Positions 31,093 to 39,420 of a DNA stretch of 64,000 nt are shown here, one piece after another. Position numbers and translations under genes: made by a program. The notes under the pieces are model-generated. The model was not told where the DNA came from and made no database searches. It saw nothing but the letters and a program-made list of their open reading frames with translations. The stretch spans positions 29,319 through 93,318 of the forward strand of contig JAFTOU010000004.1 in NCBI GenBank assembly GCA_017463615.1. Direction: 5' to 3'. Each line of letters starts with the position of its first letter. Within the stretch, counting starts at the first letter, position 1. Source of the stretch: Alistipes sp. (lineage in GTDB: Bacteria; Bacteroidota; Bacteroidia; Bacteroidales; Rikenellaceae).

Positions 31093-31866
31093 TCAGCCGG
31101 GATTGACCTTAGGCTCAATCTTGAGTCCAAAGTCCCAGAACTTCTTTAGTGCTTTATGCTTCTGACTATCAAAAAGGAAATCAATATTCTCGGTAAGGTA
31201 GCTGTAGGCGTAGTCCTTCTGAGCATAGTCGCTCTCCATAATCGCCTCGTAGATATGCTCCACGCCGTATGTCAGGCAGCGCTGCAGGGCGTCGTGCACC
31301 TGATAGCTAAGACCCTTGCGTGCCACCCAGAGGGCAAAGGCAAATGGCAACTTTGTCTGCGCAATCCACTCCGAGGCAAGGTCGTAGCTGTAGGCAAAGC
31401 GACCCTCGTAGCCGAAGCACTTGTCGCCAATAATTAGGAAGGCGTCGCCCGGCTGCGGATTATCCAGCAGGGTGTAGTCGTCCAACGCAAGATACTGAGG
31501 CGCAATCTTCCAGCGGTGCTTTGCCAAGTAGCCCACCAGCTGCACAGATGTGCGAGAGTGGCAGTCCATCCAGATGCGCTCCACACGCTCTATAGGGGTG
31601 TTGCTCACAACCAAAACCGTGCGCACAGGGCCCACAGCGCCGATGCAGTAGTCGGTAATCACCTGCGCATCCTTGAGCGTTGGCACTACGGCAGCAGGCA
31701 GCAGAGCAAGGTCTACCTTACCCTCTATAAAGTGTTGTACATTCTCAGATGGGGGCGCAATGATTAGCTCGGCGCAAAGACTACCTTCGTGCCGAATACC
31801 ATAGAGGAATGGTATCGTATTGAGATACGATATTGCTGCTATTTTTGCATTGATAACCATCACCAT
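31093..31866 (-). CDS. mqnA: Chorismate dehydratase (futalosine menaquinone pathway)
   Basis: ISYLNTIPF, IGAVGPVRTV, SRTSV, LIIGD, DLASEW..T.LPFAFALW motifs; start at 31866 or 31860. Confidence 0.88.
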   Translation of the reverse strand: MVMVINAKIAAISYLNTIPFLYGIRHEGSLCAELIIAPPSENVQHFIEGKVDLALLPAAVVPTLKDAQVITDYCIGAVGPVRTVLVVSNTPIERVERIWMDCHSRTSVQLVGYLAKHRWKIAPQYLALDDYTLLDNPQPGDAFLIIGDKCFGYEGRFAYSYDLASEWIAQTKLPFAFALWVARKGLSYQVHDALQRCLTYGVEHIYEAIMESDYAQKDYAYSYLTENIDFLFDSQKHKALKKFWDFGLKIEPKVNPG

Positions 31867-31872
31867 CCATAG

Positions 31873-32095
31873 TTAAGGGAGGTTCTATAAATTAGTAAAC
31901 TTTTTATCGCTATTGGAAGATTCTATTTCGGTTGCTTTTGAATTTATTTCAGTATCTTTTCCATCTTTCCTCAGTTACAATAGGCTATTGCGCCTTCAGA
32001 AGAGATGAAAAATCTACTTGAAATAATTTTCAAAATCAACTCGACTAATTTACAGAACCTCCCTTAATAGGGTGCAAGTTGGAGAACTTGACCCC
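31873..32095 (-). ncRNA. Candidate structured RNA (long rod with asymmetric bubble) in the mqnA 5' leader
   Basis: 24-bp closing stem 32067-32044/31896-31873 with one G.U pair on the minus strand; further paired segments inside; small 5' hairpin at 32070-32095. Confidence 0.5.
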
Positions 32096-32105
32096 AAAAC
32101 ATACG

Positions 32106-32113
32106 CAAAGGTA
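32106..32113 (-). promoter_or_regulatory. -7 promoter element for the mqnA leader
   Basis: TAccTTTG on the minus strand just upstream of the structured region. Confidence 0.6.
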
Positions 32114-32265
32114 GTATTTTTTTTGCACAGAGTATGCCCTGAGGGCAATTTTTTTCAAAAAAAGAGATTTTTTTGGGGCTTTAACAACTTTGGCGTGAAG
32201 AATTTAGCCACCAGCGCCCTGCGGAAAATCACTTTGCCCTCTTGACAAGGGCTATTTTTGTGTTA

Positions 32266-32273
32266 TATATTTG
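32266..32273 (+). promoter_or_regulatory. -7 promoter element pointing into the phage-like cluster
   Basis: TAtaTTTG, with TTG about 21 nt upstream (cttgac); divergent from the mqnA promoter. Confidence 0.5.
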
Positions 32274-32452
32274 CACAGCCATTGAGAAGTTGCTTAAAAT
32301 TTATTTATCTCATTCTTTTCTGCTGTTTACGACTCTTTTCTCGCCTAATTATCGTTACATAGGAGCCCCTATGCGCCTCAAATTATACGAGGAAATAGCC
32401 ACAAAACAGCTGTAAAATAATTTCGCAAATAAATTCAAACAACTTCCGAGCA

Positions 32453-32550
32453 GTTATCAACAATTTCTCACGCCTGTTGATAACCTTATTAACACCGCAA
32501 CATACAGACAATCAATGCCCCCGCGCGGGGTTGTTGCGCAGTTTTCAACA
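32453..32550. promoter_or_regulatory. Cluster of DnaA-box-like 9-mers / inverted-repeat operator
   Basis: TTATCAACA (32454-62) and TGTTGATAA (32475-83) form gttatcaaca-N12-tgttgataac; also TTATTAACA (32486-94) and TTTTCAACA (32542-50); AT-rich upstream. Confidence 0.45.
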
Positions 32551-32578
32551 CAAGTACTAACATCTATTACCACCTATT

Positions 32579-32983
32579 ATGAACCGAAAAACTCTAATTT
32601 CGGCGGTGGAGCAGAGCTGTGCCCTCAGTGGTTACAACTTTGCAACCCTGACGGCAGAGAGTATTGCCGCCCACCCGCCACATTTCCCCGTCGCACTGCT
32701 TGCAGAGCCCAAGTTCCAATCTATCACCGGTCGCCACCACGGCAGAATAACCTACGCCCTGACCCTCCACCTGCTTGTGCAGGGGGCATACCTGCCGCCC
32801 GAGCAGCGTAGAGAGGCGCTCTCAACCCTCCAGTCGCACGCCCTTGAAATCTTCTCAAACCTCTCCACCCATCCCCAGGTGGCACTCGTGCAGGAGCTGA
32901 CCATCAACCCCACCGCCCACACCCTCCTGAACAAGGGCGAGCTGGGTATCACCTGCCAGGCGGAAGTGGAGGTCATCTTTTAA
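32579..32983 (+). CDS. Hypothetical protein, possible phage tail-completion/terminator-like
   Basis: 134 aa; size and FPVALL...G..TY.LTLHLL pattern resemble tail terminator proteins; first gene of the virion cluster. Function is inferred. Confidence 0.35.
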   Translation: MNRKTLISAVEQSCALSGYNFATLTAESIAAHPPHFPVALLAEPKFQSITGRHHGRITYALTLHLLVQGAYLPPEQRREALSTLQSHALEIFSNLSTHPQVALVQELTINPTAHTLLNKGELGITCQAEVEVIF

Positions 32984-32990
32984 CCATTGA

Positions 32991-33115
32991 TTTTGGTGTG
33001 ATAGTGGGGCATATACGGCACATTCCTCAATTTGCTGAATGGGCAGTACGCCTTAGTACAGTCCATCCAACAAATTATCACGATGCACCGTATCTACCCC
33101 ACTCTGACACCAAAA
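32991..33115. repeat. Palindromic element family A, copy 2
   Basis: ttttggtgtgatag...ctctgacaccaaaa IR; core gcagtacgccttagtacag; near-identical to 38713-38836. Confidence 0.85.
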
Positions 33116-33129
33116 TAGCCAATGGTTAC

Positions 33130-33303
33130 AACCATTAGCTATTAGCCATTGGTCATTGGCTTTTCAGCGGTATCGCCTGCGGCGATGGTGTTTATAGGGT
33201 GCAATATGTAGTCAGATTGCAAATAGCAACCTCTAAACACTATCCGCGCAGCGGATACCTTAATAAAGCCAATAGCCAACAGCCAATAGCCAACAGCCAA
33301 ACA
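33130..33303. repeat. Palindromic element family C, copy 2
   Basis: ccattagctattagccattgg...gcggtatcgcctgcggcgat...tttatagggtgcaa...tatccgcgcagcggataccttaataaagccaatagccaacagccaatagcc; near-identical to 38850-39024. Confidence 0.85.
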
Positions 33304-33310
33304 AAAACCT

Positions 33311-34282
33311 ATGATTACAATCGTTTCACAACCAGCAGATTTTACCCCGATAGAGAGTGGGGTAGTATATGTCGTGGAGAGTGACTACTCCGGCGACTTT
33401 CTAATCAAGATTATCAACAACACTACGGGCGAGGTGGTGGGGAGCAAGGCGGTCGTGGCCTCTATCCGCGCGGCGGTAGATATTGCTCCGTACATCACCG
33501 CCATCACTGCCGCCGAGCCCGCCCAGCAGGGGGTATTCTCCTTAGCGCCAGCCCCTGCGGAGGAGTACTACATTGAGGTTACCACCGACGAGGAGAGTGA
33601 GGTGTCGGAGGTGGTGCGTGTGAGCAACAACCGCCGAGTGCCGAAGTTGGGCAGCGTGCAGAGCATCTTCGGCCTGAGTCGCAAGATAAGCTATGGCGAG
33701 GATGACGAGCTGCGCTTTACGGCGGCGAACAACAGCACCATAGTGGCACGCATAACCACCGACAGAGGCGAGGTGGTAGAGCTTGAATGCTATGCCCCCT
33801 ATGGCGTTGCGGTGCTGCACATAGCAACGGCGCAGTTGGACTATCGCACCAGCCGCTTTGAGGTGGAGTTCTATGCCGATGATGTGCTGATGCAGAGCGT
33901 GGAGTATGCCGTAGTGCCGCGCTACGAGGGTGCTGTGAGGGTGGCGTGGCTCTCGGAGGAGGGGACTGTTGAGCGTCACACCTTCCGCCAGACCCTCTCC
34001 AAGAGTGTTGCCACGCAGCGAGATACCCTCTTTACCAACCGTCAGGGCGAGCATATCGTCCGCTGCCGAAGTGCCAAGCGTATAGCTCTGCGCTCGCACC
34101 CCCTCACGGAGGCTGAGACGGATGCGTTAGCGACGATACTCAGCGCGCCGAAGGTCTGGATAGAGAGCCTTCAGATGGCCGTCGCCCGCCCATTGGATGT
34201 GGAGGCTGTGACCTACAGCTTCGGTAAGTTGGCAAGGGTAGACCTCACCCTTGAGTATGGCGAGGAGGAGGTGGTGCTATGA
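33311..34282 (+). CDS. Phage-like structural protein (distal tail/baseplate-like)
   Basis: N-terminal MITIVSQPADF and C-terminal VRVAWLSEEGTVERHTF...ILSAPKVWI resemble Bacteroidetes siphophage tail-region proteins; coupled to the hub-like gene. Confidence 0.45.
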   Translation: MITIVSQPADFTPIESGVVYVVESDYSGDFLIKIINNTTGEVVGSKAVVASIRAAVDIAPYITAITAAEPAQQGVFSLAPAPAEEYYIEVTTDEESEVSEVVRVSNNRRVPKLGSVQSIFGLSRKISYGEDDELRFTAANNSTIVARITTDRGEVVELECYAPYGVAVLHIATAQLDYRTSRFEVEFYADDVLMQSVEYAVVPRYEGAVRVAWLSEEGTVERHTFRQTLSKSVATQRDTLFTNRQGEHIVRCRSAKRIALRSHPLTEAETDALATILSAPKVWIESLQMAVARPLDVEAVTYSFGKLARVDLTLEYGEEEVVL

Positions 34283-36651
34283 TGCTCTATGTAGATGGGT
34301 GCAGCTGTCCGATAGAGGGCTCGCCCAAGTTGCCCACGCTCTTTGCCATAGATAGCCTCACAGACCCGCAGCAGGCGATGCAGGGTCAGGTACTGGAGCT
34401 TGAAATACCCTCCACAGCCGCCTCAGACGCTATATTCGGTGTTGCGAGGGATATATATGCTGCCCAGCGATTTAACGACAGCCACCATACTGCCGTAGTG
34501 GTCTGCGAGGGTGTGGAGCTCTTTGAGGGTACGATATATATCCTGAGCAGCACCATGGCGCAGCGCCACGGCGGAAGCTATCGGGTGCGCATAGCCGCAG
34601 GAGGTGCCGACTGGGCTAAGCGCGCGGCGAGGACGACACTGCGCAGTAGCGGCCTGGAGTTTGAGACCACGCTCACGGCGCAGAGCATTATGGATAGCTG
34701 GTCGGGGAGTAAGGATGTGCGCTTTCTGCCCGTGCTCCGCAATAGGTACTCGCCCATCTACTCGGGCTACTCGGGCGCACCTGTGGAGTATATCATGACG
34801 GCGGACGATTTTCATCCATACTTCTCCTTGGCGGCGCTCCTTGAGCGTATATTTGACGGCTATACCATTGAGGGCGACTTTATAAATAGCAGCGAGCTGC
34901 GCCAGCTATATATCAGCGGTCAGTATGCCTCGCCCGACACCATCAAGCAGCGCGCCCTGCTGGACTTTTTCGCTCGTCGCAAGGATAGGGCGACGGCGGT
35001 GGCGGATGAGTGGGGTATGGTCTACGCCACGGAGAGCTTTGACGGCGATAGCGCGCTGGGAAATATCGTAGATACTGCCGACCCTACGGCGGTAGATTGC
35101 GATGGCGCGGTGATGCACGACACCTTCACCACGGGCAAGGTCTTTACTATCAACGAGGAGGGCTATTGTCAGTTTACGAGCACCATAGCCGCCACGGTGG
35201 GTTTCCTGCTCCACCTGAAGTACACCACCGACTACCGCATAGCCTCGCGCACAAGCCTCTGTGGCTTCAACCGCGTTGTTGCCGAGCCCGATGTGGATGT
35301 CTCCTTTACGCTGGCGAATGTCTTTGAGGATCAGCGTGAGAAGTTGGTCGGGGGCATAGAGTACAGCCTCTGCATCTTTGACTATGTGCCCGACAACCTC
35401 TACCTGCTAACTGTCTACGATGCCGATAGTGGCTCTAAGCTCGCGGAGCATGTCGTAGAGTCCCGCTTCAGCCGCATAACTATGCCCGAGGGTTGCACGC
35501 CACACTGCACGCTGGAGCTTATGTCGGGCGAGAAGGAGCAGGGGCAGAGCGACTGGGCGCTCTACTTCGGCTATGTGGAGGAGTGCGGCAAGACAGAGGT
35601 TATCGTAGACCTTCGCATACCGCCGCAGGACTTTGCGCCCGAGCAGACTATGCGCTTCAACCGCATAAAGTTCGGCGGGGCAGAGCAGGGTATGGAGATA
35701 ACCCTCTCTACCGAGTGCTCGCTGCGCCCATACTTCTCCACCGTGCCAGGATATGGCTCTACGGTGACCTTCGCCGACATCTCGCACACCAATATCTGGC
35801 TCATAGAGCTTGTGGACGCCCTCTGTCGTATGTTCAACCTTGTAATCCACACCGACGAGAAGAGCCGCCGCGTGAGGATTGAGCCTATGGAGAGCTTCTA
35901 CAGCGACAAGGTGTGGGAGTGGAGCGATAGGGTAGACTTCAGCTCGCCAATAACCATCAGCGACATGGGTGTAGATGTGCCGCACACTCTGGAGTGGGGC
36001 TATCGCTCGGGCGACTGGGCTACGGAGCAGTTTAACGAGCTCAACAACACGCAGTTTGGCGTTTGGCAGGTGGAGAACGGCACCTATGGCGCAAAGAGCA
36101 GCACCCGCCGCAACACCGTCAGCCTCTTCACTACGGGTATAAATCGTACGGGACACTACGCCCTTGCCCCCTCAGCCTCCATTATGCAGGTGGGCGATAG
36201 TGCCGCCGAGGGTAGTATGGACGCCCCCTTTACCACCCATATTGTCCGCTATGTGGGGCTCAGACCCCTGCCCGAGGGGGAGCGGTGGGGCTACCCGCTG
36301 AGTGATAATCGCTATCCGCTCTCGGCATTCTTCTTCCCGGGGGATAGGTATACCGAGGGCTTCTCGCTCTGCTACGAGGATAGAGAGGGCATTGCGGGTC
36401 TCAACCGCTTCTTCAAGGATGCCGTCGCCCGCCTCACCACACGCCAGCGGCTGAGCCTCTCGCTGCACCTCACACCCGCAGAGCTTGCCCGCCTGCTCTC
36501 TACAGAGGAGAATAGCTTTGCAAGCCTTAGCGACAACTTCCGCCTTGATATTCTGGGCGAGAGCTCGCTCTACCGCATTGAGAGCCTTCAGAGCTACGAC
36601 GCCGAGCGCCAGAGTGCAAAATGTACACTTATCAGATTAACCAAAGACTAA
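34279..36651 (+). CDS. Phage tail tip / baseplate hub-like protein
   Basis: N-terminal MLYVDG...LEIPST..SDAIFG...ELFEGTIY...YRVRI and later LCRMFNL...RVRIEPMESFY...WEWSDRVD resemble Bacteroidetes siphophage hub proteins. Confidence 0.55.
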   Translation: MMLYVDGCSCPIEGSPKLPTLFAIDSLTDPQQAMQGQVLELEIPSTAASDAIFGVARDIYAAQRFNDSHHTAVVVCEGVELFEGTIYILSSTMAQRHGGSYRVRIAAGGADWAKRAARTTLRSSGLEFETTLTAQSIMDSWSGSKDVRFLPVLRNRYSPIYSGYSGAPVEYIMTADDFHPYFSLAALLERIFDGYTIEGDFINSSELRQLYISGQYASPDTIKQRALLDFFARRKDRATAVADEWGMVYATESFDGDSALGNIVDTADPTAVDCDGAVMHDTFTTGKVFTINEEGYCQFTSTIAATVGFLLHLKYTTDYRIASRTSLCGFNRVVAEPDVDVSFTLANVFEDQREKLVGGIEYSLCIFDYVPDNLYLLTVYDADSGSKLAEHVVESRFSRITMPEGCTPHCTLELMSGEKEQGQSDWALYFGYVEECGKTEVIVDLRIPPQDFAPEQTMRFNRIKFGGAEQGMEITLSTECSLRPYFSTVPGYGSTVTFADISHTNIWLIELVDALCRMFNLVIHTDEKSRRVRIEPMESFYSDKVWEWSDRVDFSSPITISDMGVDVPHTLEWGYRSGDWATEQFNELNNTQFGVWQVENGTYGAKSSTRRNTVSLFTTGINRTGHYALAPSASIMQVGDSAAEGSMDAPFTTHIVRYVGLRPLPEGERWGYPLSDNRYPLSAFFFPGDRYTEGFSLCYEDREGIAGLNRFFKDAVARLTTRQRLSLSLHLTPAELARLLSTEENSFASLSDNFRLDILGESSLYRIESLQSYDAERQSAKCTLIRLTKD

Positions 36652-36661
36652 CTAAACGACT

Positions 36662-37492
36662 ATGAATCAGATTATTAACATCTCCGCGACGGCTACCGTT
36701 GCGACGATAGACATCGAGGGCATTATCGGCAGTCAGAGCGAGAGCGGCGCTATTACAACCTATCAGGCACTGAGCGAGCGACTGCAGCAGATAGAGGCTA
36801 TACAGGCACCTATGGTGGTGGTAAATATCCGCTCTGTGGGTGGTAGCGTTGCCGATGCGCTGCTAATCTACGAGGCTCTGCGCTCGCTGGATGCCCATAT
36901 CACCACCCGCTGCTACGGATATACCGCCTCGGCAGCTACCGTTATCGCCCAGGCCGCCAGCGAGGGTAGCCGCGAGATTGCCTCCACGGCGCTATACCTT
37001 ATCCACAACTCATCCTGCATCGCCGAGGGTAACGCTGCATCCCTTGCCCAGCAGGCAGAGCTGCTGCGAAAGACCGACGAGCGCATCGCCGCCATATACG
37101 CCGCCAACTCAGGCCGTAGCGCCGACCACTTTGCGGAGCTTATGGCTCGCAATGGTGGCGATGGGGTGTGGCTCTCGCCCGAGCAGGCGGTGGAGGCGGG
37201 ACTGGTAGATACCATCATCACCTCCGATGCAACCCCTACAGCCTCGCTCATCGAGCGCGTGGCTGCGTGGTTGGGCATCAAGAGCAAGAGCGCAAAGCCA
37301 ACGCCCCAACCCCCTACCGACCGCCTCAACATCCTGCCTCAGCAGGGTCTCTGCACCCCTATAACCCTCTCCGAGGGTCAGCTCGCCGTGCAGAGGAGCG
37401 CCACCCAGCCCGTTGAGGACCCCGACTTTGACGGCAGAGCCATGACTGCTAACGCTACTGCCTATAATCGTGACATTGCAGCATTTTTCTAA
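36662..37492 (+). CDS. ClpP-like (S14) prohead maturation protease
   Basis: VNIRSVGGSVADALLIYEAL, GYTASAATVI (catalytic Ser), YLIHN (His), VWLSPEQAVEAGLVD; immediately upstream of the capsid-like gene. Confidence 0.85.
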   Translation: MNQIINISATATVATIDIEGIIGSQSESGAITTYQALSERLQQIEAIQAPMVVVNIRSVGGSVADALLIYEALRSLDAHITTRCYGYTASAATVIAQAASEGSREIASTALYLIHNSSCIAEGNAASLAQQAELLRKTDERIAAIYAANSGRSADHFAELMARNGGDGVWLSPEQAVEAGLVDTIITSDATPTASLIERVAAWLGIKSKSAKPTPQPPTDRLNILPQQGLCTPITLSEGQLAVQRSATQPVEDPDFDGRAMTANATAYNRDIAAFF

Positions 37493-37496
37493 TTAT

Positions 37497-37745
37497 TAAC
37501 CATTAGCTGTTAGCTATTGGCTCGCTTTCAGCGACCCTTCCTCCTTGCGGCTCGGCATAGCAAACTTTGTTTGCTCTGCTCTCGCTCCGCAGCGTCGGTT
37601 GGCTTTTCAGAGGTATCGCCTGCGGCGATAGAGTTTATAGGGTGCAAGAGGTAGTCAACCCTGCAAACAGCAACCAATACTATCCGCATAGCGGATACCT
37701 TAATAAAGCCAACAGCTAATGGCCAATGGCTAAAAGCCAAAAAAA
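37497..37745. repeat. Palindromic element family C, copy 3 (long form)
   Basis: Matches 5024-5270 in its left half and 33130-33303 in its right half; heptamer IR ends. Confidence 0.8.
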
Positions 37746-37756
37746 ACACTAAAACT

Positions 37757-38710
37757 ATGCTTATTGAAAATCCAAAGACTTACAAGGGCAGCGATGCCGA
37801 GACAATCTTTTTCCGTCCAACTTTTTGCGGAGATAACGCCACAGAGCTGGGTATCCGCGTACTCTACAATATGCCTATGCCGACCACCGTACAGGTCTGG
37901 AGCCGTGCAGAGAATGTTCTGCAGCCATTTGCCAGCGGTTGGAATGGCGGCTCAAACTCGCAGAAGCTGCAGAAGACCATTGATATGCAGAAGGTGAAGG
38001 CAGAGACCAGCTTCTCTGCAGACGACTACTTCTCTATGGTGCTTGAGAAGCTCGTAGCCGACAATGGTGTTAATTATCAGGACCTTACGGGCACAGAGCT
38101 TGAGAAGGCAGAGACCGAACTCTTCCGTCAGGCTATTGCCGAGGGTGTGCGTAGCACCATGTGGATTGGCGACACCTCCGAGGAGATATCGGAGCTTACG
38201 ACCTTCAACGGTTTCTTCCGCCATATCGCCGATGCGGGCGACAAGGTAGCCTCTACTATCGCTGGCGATGACGAGTTTACCGCTACCGAGCAGCTCAAGG
38301 GTTGCTGGACGCAGGCTGCAGACGAGCTCCGCTCACTGCGTTCGGAGGGTCAGCTGGTCTACTTCGTCAGCTCGGACATCTACAACGCCTACCTTGACGA
38401 GCTTGACCAGAAGGGGGTAGATACCGCCTACACCGATATTGTCAGCGGTCAGGGCACGCTCTGCTACCATGGCATCCCAGTTGTGGAGGTTCCGCTGGGC
38501 AACTACACCCAGGCATGCTACTCATCCTTCTGCCTGCTCACCGACCGTCGCAACCTTGTCCTCGCCCTCAATACTGCCGATATGCCTGAGAATGAGGTTC
38601 GTATGTGGTACAACCCCGACCAGATGGAGAACCGCCAGCGCGCTGTCTTCCTCGCTGGCGCAGAGATTATTGATGAGAAGTTGATTTCAATTTATCACTC
38701 CGACCATTAG
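37757..38710 (+). CDS. Putative major capsid protein (HK97-fold inferred)
   Basis: 317 aa directly after the prohead protease; MWIGDT....FNGF, LCYHGIPVVEVP and LLTDRRNLV patterns resemble Bacteroidetes phage capsids. Confidence 0.65.
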   Translation: MLIENPKTYKGSDAETIFFRPTFCGDNATELGIRVLYNMPMPTTVQVWSRAENVLQPFASGWNGGSNSQKLQKTIDMQKVKAETSFSADDYFSMVLEKLVADNGVNYQDLTGTELEKAETELFRQAIAEGVRSTMWIGDTSEEISELTTFNGFFRHIADAGDKVASTIAGDDEFTATEQLKGCWTQAADELRSLRSEGQLVYFVSSDIYNAYLDELDQKGVDTAYTDIVSGQGTLCYHGIPVVEVPLGNYTQACYSSFCLLTDRRNLVLALNTADMPENEVRMWYNPDQMENRQRAVFLAGAEIIDEKLISIYHSDH

Positions 38711-38712
38711 CC

Positions 38713-38836
38713 TTTTGGCGTGATAGCGGGGCACCTACGGCACATCCCTCAATTTGCTGAATGGGCAGTACGCTTAGTACAGCCCATCCAACAAATTCTC
38801 ACGATGCACCGTATCTGCCCCACTCTGACGCCAAAA
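38713..38836. repeat. Palindromic element family A, copy 3
   Basis: ttttggcgtgatag...ctctgacgccaaaa IR; core gcagtacgcttagtacag. Confidence 0.85.
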
Positions 38837-38849
38837 TCACCAATGGTTG

Positions 38850-39024
38850 ATAACCATTAGCTATTGGCCATTGGCTTTTTAGCGGTATCGCCGTAGGCGA
38901 TGGTGTTTATAGGGTGCAATATGCAGTCAGCCTTGCAAATAGCAATCTCTAAACACTATCCGCGCAGCGGATACCTTAATAAAGCCAATAGCCAATAGCC
39001 AACAGCTAACAGTCAACAGCCAAA
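38850..39024. repeat. Palindromic element family C, copy 4
   Basis: Near-identical to 33130-33303; follows an A copy in the same arrangement. Confidence 0.85.
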
Positions 39025-39027
39025 ACT

Positions 39028-39414
39028 ATGTCCTACAAACCGATTGGCGGAGTGCAGAGCGTGGCTCTGCGCTTCGTGGCGGTGACGGAGCAGATTGCCG
39101 TGCCGCTAATAGACGACGCCTCGGAGTATAAGCAGACGGTAGTGGCCTCTGAGCTGGGCGTGGTGCATCATGTGCTGACCCTTGTGGCGCGGCGAGATGA
39201 TGCCCAGCCGTGGCTCGGGGAGGAGTTTGCCCTGAGGGCGGTGTTGGAGGGTGTGGTTGCAACGCTGACGCTTGAGGATGGCAGGGAGTGCACTCTTGGT
39301 AGCCCTGACATCCCCCTGCGCCTTGACACGCTGCAATCAACATCGGCACTCTCGCCCTCGGACGAGCCCACCGTAACGCTCACACTCCGATGTGAAACAT
39401 TAACATTAAACTAA
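39028..39414 (+). CDS. Hypothetical protein, possible short tail-tube-like protein
   Basis: N-terminal IGGVQSV and LEDGRECTLG...LRL....S...SD..TVTLTL resemble Bacteroidetes phage tail tube proteins; 128 aa. Confidence 0.35.
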   Translation: MSYKPIGGVQSVALRFVAVTEQIAVPLIDDASEYKQTVVASELGVVHHVLTLVARRDDAQPWLGEEFALRAVLEGVVATLTLEDGRECTLGSPDIPLRLDTLQSTSALSPSDEPTVTLTLRCETLTLN

Positions 39415-39420
39415 AACCTT

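Noticed and set aside
32371-32415. 14-codon uORF (MRLKLYEEIATKQL) in the cluster leader
   Set aside because: Too short, with no supporting motif; cannot be distinguished from chance without ribosome profiling.
32977-33130. Integron attC sites (TAAC overlapping a stop ... GTTA around element A2)
   Set aside because: R''/R' boxes are not conserved in the other A copies, no integron integrase is present, and most copies follow core genes.
33130-39024. CRISPR array from recurring repeats
   Set aside because: The repeats are dispersed palindromes or 7-bp tandem units, with no regular repeat-spacer periodicity and no cas genes.
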